A DNA stretch of 64,000 nt, taken from contig NC_043015.1 in NCBI RefSeq assembly GCF_006345805.1, positions 6,200,001 through 6,264,000 of the forward strand, in the 5' to 3' direction. This stretch comes from Octopus sinensis (taxonomy: Eukaryota). Position numbers and translations under genes: made by a program. The notes below the pieces were generated by a model. It worked only from the letters and a program-made list of their open reading frames with translations, searched no databases and was not told the DNA's origin. Position 1 is the first letter of the stretch; the number at the start of each line of letters is the position of its first letter. Shown here piece by piece: positions 14,450 to 27,119 of the stretch.

Positions 14450-14492
<43 letters not shown>
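14110..14492. repeat. Long (TA)n-rich array
   Basis: Direct reading of the sequence. Confidence 0.95.
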
Positions 14493-14496
<4 letters not shown>

Positions 14497-14735
14497 ACAC
14501 ATATTGTAACGTGGTAAAGTATATTATTCCTTAATTACCTTCACTGTCTAAAAGATGTAGAATAGTAAAACCATGCAATGCTTTATCTACCTATCTATCA
14601 ATATATATATCAATTTATTTATCTATCTACTTCTCTCTCTCTTCCTCTCTTTCTCTCTCTCTTCCTCACTTTACGTATATGTATGTATGTATGTATGTAT
14701 GTATGATGGCATGTATGTATGTATATATACGTATA

Positions 14736-14800
14736 CAGTAATCCCTCGCCGTATCGTGATTCACCTAACGCAGTTCACCTATCGGAGATGGTTTTGGAGC
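14736..14800 (+). mobile_element. pogo/Tigger-like terminal inverted repeat fragment
   Basis: TA|CAGTAATCCCTCGCCGTATCGTGATTCACCTAACGC resembles the TA-flanked CAGT.. termini of Tigger-type MITEs. No partner TIR was seen. Confidence 0.5.
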
Positions 14801-14901
14801 ACATACATATTTTGTTTGTTTGTTTACGTGCATGCATTTATGTATCCATCCATCCATCAAACCATCTATCCACCCATGCATATATACATGCGTATATATA
14901 T

Positions 14902-14963
<62 letters not shown>

Positions 14964-14989
14964 AAAAAAGCAACAAGAATGGATCAATG

Positions 14990-15078
14990 CTTCGGTACAA
15001 TTGTTTCGTACGAAGACATCTTTAATAAGGCTACAAAAATTGCAGTAAATATAAGTGACCCGTACTCATCAGCCGAAA
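14990..15078 (-). ncRNA. Type I hammerhead ribozyme (minus-strand copy)
   Basis: The reverse complement reads UUUCGG-CUGAUGA-GUACG..CGUAC-GAA-ACAAUUGU-A-CCGAAG. The core is canonical, stem I has 5 WC pairs plus 1 GU, and stem II has 5 bp. Confidence 0.8.
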
Positions 15079-15266
15079 AAAACATCTGAGATCTCCAAAC
15101 ATCAAAGGGGGTGATGTTACACTCGTGTAAAGTTCTATAAAAATGAGATTTAGATAACAAATGGACTTCTAAGAAGTCCATTAGAAGTCCATTTTTATAG
15201 AACTTTCCATGATGTTTCACGAGTGTAACATCACCCCCTTTGATGTTTGGAGATCTCAGATGTTTT

Positions 15267-15355
15267 TTTCGGCTGATGAGTACGGGTCACTTATATTTAC
15301 TGCAATTTTTGTAGCCTTATTAAGGATGTCTTCGTACGAAACAATTGTACCGAAA
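15267..15355 (+). ncRNA. Type I hammerhead ribozyme (plus-strand copy)
   Basis: Stem I TTTCGG(15267-72)/CCGAAA(15350-55), CTGATGA (15273-79), stem II GTACG(15280-84)/CGTAC(15333-37), GAA (15338-40), palindromic helix III ACAATTGT (15341-48). The GUA triplet puts predicted cleavage after 15349. Confidence 0.85.
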
Positions 15356-15496
15356 CGTTGATCCATTCTTGTTGCTTTTTTCCTATTTATAATCACCCCG
15401 CATTGTCGTATGGTTAACACCATATAGATTTCTGGTGCATCCAAGTTAAGTAGCATATTCAGGTGAATTCAACAGAACTCACTTGAATCTTAATTG

Positions 15497-15563
<67 letters not shown>

Positions 15564-15643
15564 ATAAGTATGTATGTATGTATATGTATATATGTATATA
15601 TATATATATAATATATATTATATATATATATATATATTATATA

Positions 15644-15674
<31 letters not shown>

Positions 15675-18600
15675 GGTGTTTGTATATATATATATATATG
15701 TTCTATCTTCGTAAGAATTCTTTTTATTTCCCGCCAAGATGTATTGACACTGGCACTTCTGGTCTTGAAATGCTACAATAATGAAATTGGAACCTGTATC
15801 TTTATTCTATACTATTCTTGAATTTTGTTGGTGTTTTAATATGCCTTTAACAAGCTTCCAGTTCCATATATGTATGAATAAAATTACTGACATACGCACT
15901 CAGAGACACACGTAGCAGAGAGTAACACAAATACAATTATTTTAACTTAATATCTGTACTCTTAAATTCCTTAATACACGATTTGGGAAAGAACGAGCCT
16001 GTTCGTCGTCAAAGTAATCAGAACATTTGAGAAACATGGTCGCAAACATAAAGGTCATTTACTTCAAGCATCACATTTTAACTAATTATAGTTCGAAATC
16101 TGTAAACAAATTTATGTAAGTGTCGCCATTTTCTGTAACTGAACACATTTTTTTTTGCTCCTATGAATTTTGTCCGCAGTTGAGCCAATTGTTAGATATT
16201 TAGTCAACTAGGCACTAGTGGATCCTTACAGTTTTGGTAGTTCTGCTTTCTACCTTCGTTGTCTTATCTAAATCTCAACTATGATCAATAGTGTTCCTAC
16301 TGCTGTTAGAATTCAATGCGGTAGCCCTGTTCTCTTTGAATTTCTTTTGATTCAGCTCATCTTTATTCGATCATCTGTGTTCGAAAGCATACATGGTAAA
16401 ATACTTTCTCCAGTGTAGTTATTTATTTTATTTAACAGAGTAGTGTGATTTCAGAGGGAGCTAGTGACAGTCTCTATCAGATGAAGCAAATATGCAATAT
16501 TCATCCTATTGTTATTCCAAGTTGTTTCAAAGCCAAATGTTTTTACACTTTAATGAAGCTCCCGATTAAAATGGTTTAACACTAATCATGCTGTTCGTTT
16601 AGCAATAAGCAAGACTGCATTAGCCAACATATTCTTTACTTTTGAAATGATTGTCGATTGAGATTAGAGTGAGGTCTTGCATTTATATCTGATTGTACAG
16701 ATACAACGTACAAGCTATATATAAATTGATGGCTGTTACCTTAGCATACAGTAAGGAGAGGAAAACATCTCGGCTTTAATAGTCCATGGCAGAAACATTA
16801 ACTGACACACAATTATTTAAAATTTTATGACTTCCAAAACGAAGTTCATTCTGTAAAAATTCGACGTAGATCAATAATGTCCTGAGAAAATTATGAGCAT
16901 TGTTAAAACAATCAATGTCCTTCTTGAATTTATGTGAGAGATACATTATTAATCATACGTGTCATATAAATTATGATTTATCACAATCGCAAAGAGGTCA
17001 AAAATATGTCACGAGTGAGATTTAGTGTTTTCTGTTTCTACCATCATCCGGCTGCAGAATATCGACTCTACAACGATTTTATCACCAATACATCTCTTAT
17101 TTTAGTGTTTTGTAAACACCATGGTTAAAATCATAGAGATACATGACCTTCGAATTTGAGTGTTCTATGTATTTTAAGAAGATAGCCCTCATGAAAGGTT
17201 AGAGAGTCTAATGTTCAGTTAATGCCTTACAGTATGAATGTTATATCTACCCATCGGAAATGGAGAGTGCTTCACTACTTCGCCATTAGCGCTTCGCAGA
17301 TGGATGACTCTGATATAACAGAAAAATAAATGGCCCGTATAATTCGAGTTGGTTGCCTTAACACATGCATTTTCATGCATCACCTCTCACTTTGACGAAG
17401 TTCCTTTTATGCCAGATTCTGACACATATTCTCATTATTTCGGCTCAACGAAGTTGTATTGGAATATATAGATTCTGAATATTCAAAGCAGGAGTGTTAT
17501 GCTACTGGGCTATTTTTAGTGCTGCTGGATTCCCCGTTACGGACAATAAAGGACTTGACATGGGTACATGCATGTCATGAACATGTTTAAGCAGTTCCTT
17601 AATCTTTAGTGTTACTGTTCGCCATATACGGCTTTTTTAACTGGAAAAAATTCAAATTCTTCTTTTTACTGCACATCTAATAAGTCAGTGTCAATACGTA
17701 AAGGGATATTAGATATTAATTTCTCATACGATAAATTATACTAAATCTAGATGTATCTTTACCCAATAGAGCTTATGAAGTCTTTATTCCCAATGTATTC
17801 AATTGAAATCTCGGATATGTTTCGCCTTCATTGTAAGGCAGCAAATAAAAGCATGGCGAATTTTGAGTAAATGTTGAATAAGTTATAAATAGTGAAGTAC
17901 ATATGAAGAATAAAACACTTTCCCAACAATGATTGACAGAAGAAGTTCTAACAAGATTACATGGTGCTTTGTTTAGTTAGCTAATCGCAGGAACAACCAC
18001 ACAAAAATGATAAATAAATCAAATATACAAACGTAGAGAAAAATAAATGATAAATAAAAGATTTAAAACTCCATGTATTTCAATATAGCCTGCACTTAGG
18101 AAATAGAAATAAGAAATTACTAATTTTTACCTCGAGACTAGATTATCTTTAATCTTACAGTAAAAAAAAAGTGGAGGGTGGAGGATAAAAATACTACAAG
18201 ATAAGCTTTATTGATTTTCCTGAGTAGAAAATAACTTTCGAGTTAAATCTTCCTAAAAGTATCCACCAGGATTGCATTATCGTTCTTTTGTGAAGACGAC
18301 ATGTTGGAAAATTGAATGTAATATCGATAATAAAAACTTATTCCAGCCAAAAGGTATTAGCCGAATGACATTAGATGAAAACAAACATTAGAATGAGAAT
18401 ATCCTCCTCAGTTAAACCCATTACCTGTTTTAAAGAATACCCAAACTGCTATTGCTGACAGTTTTTCATGTAAATCGATGAATTTAAGCATTAATATTTA
18501 GTATTTCAGCATCAACTACAATTTTCCTCCTTCCATAAAGATATTTAATACATCGAACCTCTACGTTTGTTTGTTGTCCTTTTTATTTTCACTTCGTTTC

Positions 18601-19257
18601 CTATAATTCCACTACCCTTCCTGGAATTTTTATGCCATTTATTTTTTTCTATATTGCTCTTACATCAAATATCCTTTTCCTATATAACTATGTTTTCTCT
18701 AGTTTCTTTTTCTTTTATATATTTTTCTACTTCTTCCTCTATCTCATTTTCAAGATCTTTTATATTTGATTAATTTATGTATCGGTACATTTCATGTCTT
18801 CATATAAATATTTCAGTAAATCTACAATAAATGCAGTGTCTTACCATTGCTTATTTATGGACACGTGTGAAGGAAAGGCCAAGTTGAAGCCTGCCTGTTT
18901 CATAAACATAATGTGCAAACTCAAATTATTATTAGCCTGTAATCGATAGATCTATCATTTTCAGTAACGCATTATTCCCACATAAATTAATATGGCTTTC
19001 TTATCCATAAAATCGTATAATAGCGGAGTGAAAATTGATTGCCCAAGAAACTTGAATTTACACTGTCTCTGTTTTTTCCAACAAGTGAGAGCCAAAAAAT
19101 AAAAAAAAAAACAGTCCCCATTAAATTATATGTTTTGGCAAACAGGCATAGATGCACAAGATATGCAAAACCAATTTTCTTGCAATTACATATTCATAAA
19201 AAACAGCACAAGACACTCCACTCCATATTAGTTTTAGTACAAAAGGAAATCATAACC

Positions 19258-19264
19258 TTATATA

Positions 19265-19352
<88 letters not shown>

Positions 19353-19517
19353 ATATACTATATATATATATATATACATATATATACATATATATATATA
19401 TAATATTATATATATATATATTATACATATATATATATAATATATATATACATATATAATATATATATATACTATATATATATATATATATATATATCAT
19501 ATATATATATATTATAC

Positions 19518-19585
<68 letters not shown>

Positions 19586-19601
19586 ATTATATATATATAT
19601 T
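19258..19601. repeat. Long nearly pure (TA)n array
   Basis: Direct reading of the sequence. Confidence 0.95.
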
Positions 19602-20720
19602 ACAAAAATATAACACTGGTACAAGGCATATAGAACTATGCTTCTATGTGCAAGGAAAGTGAAAATCAAAAAGAAAATATATGATTACTCAGCGAAGAAA
19701 ATGTGTTTTGTTTTAACAGAAAAGCAACAATAGAAATAGTTTAGCTGTGAGGTGTAGATTTCTGTATATTTGTAGGAATTTCATAATTATAAAAAAACTG
19801 AGAAAAGGACTTGAAACGCAACGAGTGTTAACTCGTCGATTTAATACTATCATATGGTAGCCTGGATAAATTTAGCATTCACTCTGTCAACGGCATTCGC
19901 GTTACATATCTAGTTTTTGGTTTCCTTCCTCATTCCATTCCACCTGTCAATGCCATGGCTCTAGAAACGCATTGCCAGCAATCAGCCAATATGAATATAT
20001 AATTAGGTAAAAAAAGGTATTGCTTTTAACATTTATTTCAAATTATGTGAAATATTTTTAAAAATCGTATTGACAGCAAGGGAATATCTTGATTAAACTT
20101 GGAAAGATGACGGAGTAGTTATAATAATGTTCTACCAAAATCATATTAATCTAGGAGAGTTATAATCGCATGCCCTAAAAATATAGTCTGCAAACTTTTT
20201 GAACGCACCTCGCAAATGTATGTATATGTGTGTTTGTATGGATGTGTATCTTTGTCATTTTATGACTTTATCTCTCCATTTAGTAAAGGTGTTGTTTAGT
20301 TCCTCTCACTGCATCTAGGGACTTTCGCAAAAGCAGAAATATACATCCCACAGAATACGTAACGGATCATGCATGCATATGTCTATAATATATATATATC
20401 ACTGTATGTTTTATTTCTTTCTTGAAGTTTGCATCTATCAGTTACTGATCGTGTGTGAACTCTCAATAATCTGTCACAGATACAGGTATGTTTCTGAAGC
20501 CTCCTAAATGAAGAATATGTACGGCCATCATTTGAGATAGTGGTTGTCTTTACAATTTGATCTTTGACTAACAGGGCGATTCCATTTCAATACTTGTATA
20601 TTTAAAGAAGCAAATTTAAAAAAATAAATGGAAATCATACACCTCTATGTTTTCTACGTATATAACGTGTACATGTATATATATCTAACCATATTCTGTG
20701 TCTATCTATATATCTATCTA

Positions 20721-20762
<42 letters not shown>

Positions 20763-20828
20763 ATATGCGTGTGATTGCATGTGCATGTGTGAGTGTAGAT
20801 CTGTATGTATATATATATATATATATCG

Positions 20829-21178
20829 TGCACTCAGTCGGTTATGACAACGAGGGTTCAAGTTGATCCGATCAACAGAACACCCTGATCGTGAAACTAA
20901 CGTGCAAGGGGATAAGCATTTCAAGGACATGTGTACCCTTAACGTAGTTCGCGGGGAGATTCAGCGTGACACAGAGTCGGAATACTGTTACAATAGAAGC
21001 AGGAAGAACGTGCGAGAGAAAGTTGTGGTGAAAGACTACAGTAGTGTTCGTCATCACCCCTTGCCGTAGCATTGTGTTGTTTGCGATCAATAGACACTCA
21101 CAACGTCTTGTCTGGGAATCGAAACCACGATCCTACAATTGTGAGTCCGCTCCCCTAACCACTGGGCCATTGCGCCTC

Positions 21179-21182
<4 letters not shown>
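20829..21182 (-). mobile_element. tRNA-derived SINE family A (H1, T1)
   Basis: The reverse complement begins TGTGGAGGCGCAATGGCCCAGTGGTTAGG..GGTTTCGATTCC. The tail contains the GTTGATC-C-GATCAAC hairpin. It is flanked by (TA)n. Confidence 0.88.
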
Positions 21183-21216
<34 letters not shown>

Positions 21217-21309
21217 GTGAAATAGAAAGATGAATAATCTTGTAGTAGATTAATCAAAAGTTTAACCGATACCTTAGTAGCAAAAATCACAGCAGTATAA
21301 TTCACCAAT

Positions 21310-21356
<47 letters not shown>

Positions 21357-21429
21357 CTGTGTGAGTGTGTGCTTAGATACGTATAGATATATATACACAC
21401 GCACACACATATATATAATCATGCATACT

Positions 21430-21485
<56 letters not shown>

Positions 21486-23229
21486 GATTTATGTGTGGGA
21501 ACTTGCATTTAAATGAACAATTTTTCATCCTAACCTGAACAGTATTTATCAGTCGTTGAAAATACTCAACAATATGTATTTAAGTTATTTACTCTGATTA
21601 AACCAAAGTCAAACACTTTAAGTAGCTTAAATAATTATATTTTTTATTACATCTGCGTTTTTCATTTAAATAAGATATAAAGTTTAACTTTTCTCTTAAA
21701 ATAATTACAAATATTCTCTTAAGGAAACTTTTATCTGAAATAAACTAAAAACAGCTATTTTTTTCCCAAGCACATAAAAGAAAATACAAAACAAAATTTC
21801 AAAAACACGAAATATTCAAAATGGAATTTATTTTTAAGAAGATTAATTAAAATTTTAATGTATTTCTTTGATAAAAAAAAAGGCAAGTGAAGTATTTATT
21901 GTGTGTGATGTTTGGAACTTTAATTGCGAGTCGTGTAGAATGGCACACATTTAAGATTCTCTTGTTTTTTCATCATAACATTTCTACTAATACGATTCAT
22001 CTCACGAATATATAAAATCATAAATGACAAACAAGATTGAGAAGCAGTATCCGTCCTGCAGTTACTTCAATATCGTTCAAAAGAGCCTTAGTGCTTTATG
22101 TTCGATCACCATACCCTCTGACAGTAAGATATATATGATAAATATGTTCTTTTGCATTCATTTATATCCGTATATCTTTATATATTTGGAAACTGACGGG
22201 ATAAACGTTAACATTTATCATGCAGAATTAAGAAAATATGTACTAAGTGTGACTGATATGATTTTCTCTTTTATTATTCGTAGATATGTGCGTATATAAA
22301 TATGAACATATATACACGCTAGCGGATATAATCTTGTAGACTAGAACACGCTTTCGTTAATTGCTTTAAGTTGTTATTAGGAGAATCCTCAAAAGTTTCA
22401 CATTTGATGTGGCAGGGCAACGAGGATATGATGAATGGGGAAGAGGTGACTTCTATCACTATGCAGCTAATATTCGTTTTCAGTCGCGCAGCCTCAATAA
22501 CAGGAAATGTAGTATATTGCTCACAGACACTAGATCGGCCGCAAACTAAAAGGCCAAACGCATTATTAATCGACATCTGCTAGTTGTGATATGATTATGA
22601 ACAACGTTGTGCATGTCACAATGTTAGGAATATAATAACCTGAAGACTTTTTAGGTCGACTAATGAAAGCTGCGCAGTGATACGCATTGTATGAAGGAAA
22701 ATAATATATGCGATAAGGATACATAATGACATGATCAAGAAATGGTAATCGTTGATAACGCGGTGAAGGAGACAACTCTTCAGCAAATTTAAACCTCTAT
22801 CAAGTGAAATTTTATAGACAACCGCATTGTTTATTTAACCGAAATCAGTGTATCAGTACATTTGACAATGCGCCTGATCTTGGCGATATAAAAGAAACGC
22901 CATGTGCATTTAGGTTTTACATACCCTCCTTAGTGAAGAATATTCTTTACTAGACATAAAACCCAAGAGACATACTTAATGAATTTAACACGATATATCA
23001 AAACATGTAGTACCTAACAACTGGTTTTGAAATGTTGACTTTATCGCTTACAGTTTTGAAGCCACAGTTTTGAAGAAGTATGATGAAAGGCCACGTATCA
23101 CAATATATATCATAGTTTGCTCACACATTGTTGTCAGCACCGTGTTGGACCTTTTCTACATATATAGTTTAAGCCATTAAACTTGTACCATTATGCAAAT
23201 AATAATTTTATAACAGCAATAATAGGAAT

Positions 23230-23276
23230 ACTGGCATGTATATATATATATACACACACACACACACATACGCACA

Positions 23277-23314
<38 letters not shown>

Positions 23315-23454
23315 GCATATATATATGCACACACACATATATACACATATATATAGATATGTGTGTATGCATATATATAGGTATAAACATATATATGTAT
23401 ATATATACATATACATATATACATATATAAGTATATATAAAATACTCAATATAG

Positions 23455-23490
<36 letters not shown>

Positions 23491-23544
23491 TGAGAGAGAG
23501 AGAGAGAGAGATACATATATCCCTATATATATATATATATATAT

Positions 23545-23589
<45 letters not shown>

Positions 23590-23690
23590 ATAAATATATA
23601 TATATAAATATATATATGCATGCACGCAGACACATAGACACACCACACACGCACGCACACACACACGCACACGCGCACGCACACATATAT
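23230..23690. repeat. Compound (TA)/(CA)/(GA) microsatellite block
   Basis: Direct reading of the sequence. Confidence 0.95.
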
Positions 23691-24408
23691 GGTTTCTGAA
23701 GATTATTGTGATATATGTTAGTTAAATTATAGTAATTGCCTTACAGAAAATATTATTTGAAGTTATTTGAAATAAATATTCTTATTCATATGAAACGATA
23801 ATACATTACTTGATAGAGACGACTTAATGATGTCTGTGAACGTCTATATTAGGAAATATGTTTAATAAATGGATTGACAAATATACGAAATATTATGAAT
23901 GTATGACAATGATAAACAGTCACAGAATATATTTCATGAGAGCTAACCAATAACATCTGCCACTTACGTCATTACAAAGAAGTGAAATACAATTAATTAA
24001 TATTCTGCTGCTTTGTGCTCTGTACATTTATATACAAACATAATTTCATTATTGCGTTTTAGAATACAATTTCGTCGAAATTAATGTCCCTCAGGTTTGC
24101 TTTGGGAAACACTATCATGTGAGTTCGTCATTATACTAATGGTCACAAACGGCCATTTATATTGATTTATTGCAGCAACAAAATGGAAAGCAATGAAATG
24201 TTGTGGCTTTCATTCCCCACCATAGAATATCAATAATTCGAATGTAAATTCTCCGTCAGCGAGTACACGAACGTGTGACTGACAAAGGAGGTTAGAAATC
24301 GATATTGTTGTTTGTTAGATGTCAACTGTCATCTGGTTTAACCTTATCCTTTGGTCACTGAGTGCATTTAGCAAGCATCCTAGTGAAGAATGCGGTCAGA
24401 GGATATCA

Positions 24409-24446
<38 letters not shown>

Positions 24447-24448
<2 letters not shown>

Positions 24449-24823
24449 AAGCACTCCGTCGGTTACGACGACGAGGTCCGGTTGATCCGAATCAACGGAA
24501 CAGCCTGCTCGTGAAATTAACGTGTAAGTGGCTGAGCACTCCACAGACACGTGTACCCTTAACGTAGTTCTCGGGGATATTCAGCGTGACACAGAGAGTG
24601 ACAAGGCGGTCCTTTGAAATACAGGTACAACAGAAACAGGAAGTAAGAGTGAGAGAAAGTTGTGGTGAAAGAGTACAGCAGGGATCACCACCATCCCCTG
24701 CCGGAGCCTCGTGGAGCTTTAGGTGTTTTCGCTCAATAAACACTCACAACGCCCGTCGGGAATCGAAACCGCGATCCTATGACCGCGAGTCCGCTGCCCT
24801 AACCATTGGGCCATTACGCCCCC
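24447..24823 (-). mobile_element. tRNA-derived SINE family A (H1, T1), well-preserved copy
   Basis: Full head, body and tail are present and it sits inside (TA)n on both sides. Confidence 0.92.
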
Positions 24824-24844
24824 TATATATATATATATATATAT

Positions 24845-24904
<60 letters not shown>

Positions 24905-24929
24905 TATATATATAAATATATATATATAT

Positions 24930-25007
<78 letters not shown>

Positions 25008-25119
25008 GACATGTTTGTGTTCGTCTCTCTACATAGAAGGTACAGTCCATTTTCTGGAGAGACGTATATAACAATTTCAAGACGTACGTAATAATAAAAG
25101 AATCCTCTGATTTGAATGG

Positions 25120-25400
25120 ATTTGCTGTAACGCTGGAGCTACTTCGTGGCGGTGCCATTGAGATAATTCAATGTGAAAGTGTTGCAGCCTTCCTCTTCAG
25201 CTCGGGAGACAACCAATTGTCACAGTGATTCCATCAAAGTCTTCACTAAGGATCATTTGTTGACAGTCAGGTAAGAAACTAAGCAGCAGTTATAGTTGGT
25301 GCCCCTGCGATCGAGAAAGTTTATCATCATAAACTTCCCGGTAGACTTGCTTTTCTTGGCCTCATATAAGTTAATCCGCAAGCAGGCTGGAATATTTGAA
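25120..25400 (-). mobile_element. Decayed mariner transposase fragment
   Basis: The minus strand gives RPRKA / KSTGKFMMINFLDRRG (compare mariner SAGKVM..VF.D..G) and a downstream NAPPH-like trace. Confidence 0.55.
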
Positions 25401-27053
25401 ACATTTCTGCACCCTTTTTGTCAAATTTAACACGGAACTTTATTTCATAGCAAGCTTCCAAACGTCCCATCTACATTCTCAAATCTAGTTAACTGTGACA
25501 AGCAGGGACTAAGTAGGGTATGTTGAAAGTGATGTTATAACCATTTCCTTCAAAATGGAATAACAAATGTAGGCAATTGAGCTTATTAGACATATGGTAA
25601 TGTTATATTAAAATTACAATAACCTAGGCAAGTGCTTCTGGGATGCACCTCCAATATAAATGGGGACGTGTGTTTCCGTACATGTGTATCTGTGCATTTT
25701 TGTGAACTTATAACCACACTTAATAAATAGGCTGCCTATTTCCCTCAGCTCCACCAGGGACATTCGAAAACGAAATAAATTCCTACAAAACACACCCCAT
25801 ACTGCAATTATCCCACCAAGCATGTATATGGGTATGCGTTTACACGCTCAAGAGGTTGCTGATGCTCCCTTACTGCTGAAATAATACTGAAGTCTTGCTG
25901 TGTGGTTTTTCACCATTTTACGGCTTTTAAATGTCTTTAGAACTGCAATTCCTTCAGTTTCAGGCCATCATGTATCTTGTTGCTTACGTGTCACACGTCT
26001 TAAAAGTTCATATCCTTCGATGTTGTTCTTCTGGCTAAAACTGAAAATTTAGAACCGATAATAGGACGCAAACTAATGTTTTATGCTACGATTTTCACCC
26101 AATGCCAATTTGAGCAGCTGAGAAGAAAAAGCTCGACAATAAATACTTCAATTATTTACTAACTACTGTTAGTAAAATGCAGTTCTAGCTCACTACAATT
26201 TATTTAAATTTCATCTTCAGTTGGCCAATAAAATAAATACCAGACATCTACTGATGTCTATTGAGTTCAAACCATTATAGCTCTATTTTAGATACGCATT
26301 ACTTTAGACAAGTTTAAGAAATCAATATTTAAGTCATTAAGGAAAGCTCTGGTTCAATAAATAAATGAAAAAATATCAATAATTTGTTTCAGTTATGTGT
26401 CGATATATTTTAAAATATGACTGAAGTGACAGGGAATAATTGGTTATCGAATTGTTAAGATTTATTATATTTAGCAATTTGTATATAAAACTCTACTGCT
26501 GTGCTTTGCACAATCGTTTAACTAAACCATTTTATAAAATATTGATGAGGTACGTTTAAACTAGTCTATTACTTGAATGACATTCTGGAAAAGGACGAAT
26601 ACTGCTTGTTTCTCTTGATCGGAAATACTAACGAAATCAGAAAATTCGGTCTATCCAAATATAAAGATTCTGTGCTATGGAACTTGATTATGCAACAGAG
26701 AACACAATTCCGTAATTGCAAATATCGAGGTTAAACAAAGGCATGAGGAATAGTAACGATTTATTATACAATAGAATTAGTACCCATAAAAGTTTAATGC
26801 ATTTAATACATTCGCTTGTGTATTCAATTTTTCTTTGATTGAAATCAATATAATTTGCCAGGAGATATGATCTAGCTTTGATTTTAGACTTCAACCTGCT
26901 ATCATGCTGATGTAAATACATCCCAGGCCACCGAACACACACACACACACACAAACACACTCACTCACGTATGTATATGGGTATGTGTAAGTGTGTGCAT
27001 CTATATCAATATATCTATATCTATTAATGTGTTTGTGTATGTGTATCGACCTA

Positions 27054-27119
<66 letters not shown>

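Larger units (their letters stand above)
14961..15498. mobile_element. Foldback (palindromic) element carrying two hammerhead ribozymes, Penelope-like/retrozyme-like, inserted in (TA)n
   Basis: 14964-15127 is the reverse complement of 15218-15381 at 161/164 positions. Symmetry continues, with indels, to a 1-nt centre at 15171. A single-copy tail at 15382-15498 follows, and (TA)n lies on both sides. Confidence 0.85.

Noticed and set aside
19880-19965. Possible pre-miRNA (GGCATT...AATGCC)
   Set aside because: Only ~6 bp pair, and the arms do not extend.
22319-22775. Cluster of overlapping short ORFs in relatively complex sequence
   Set aside because: No recognisable domain and no consistent exon signals. 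It could be non-coding conserved DNA, but that cannot be supported from the sequence alone.
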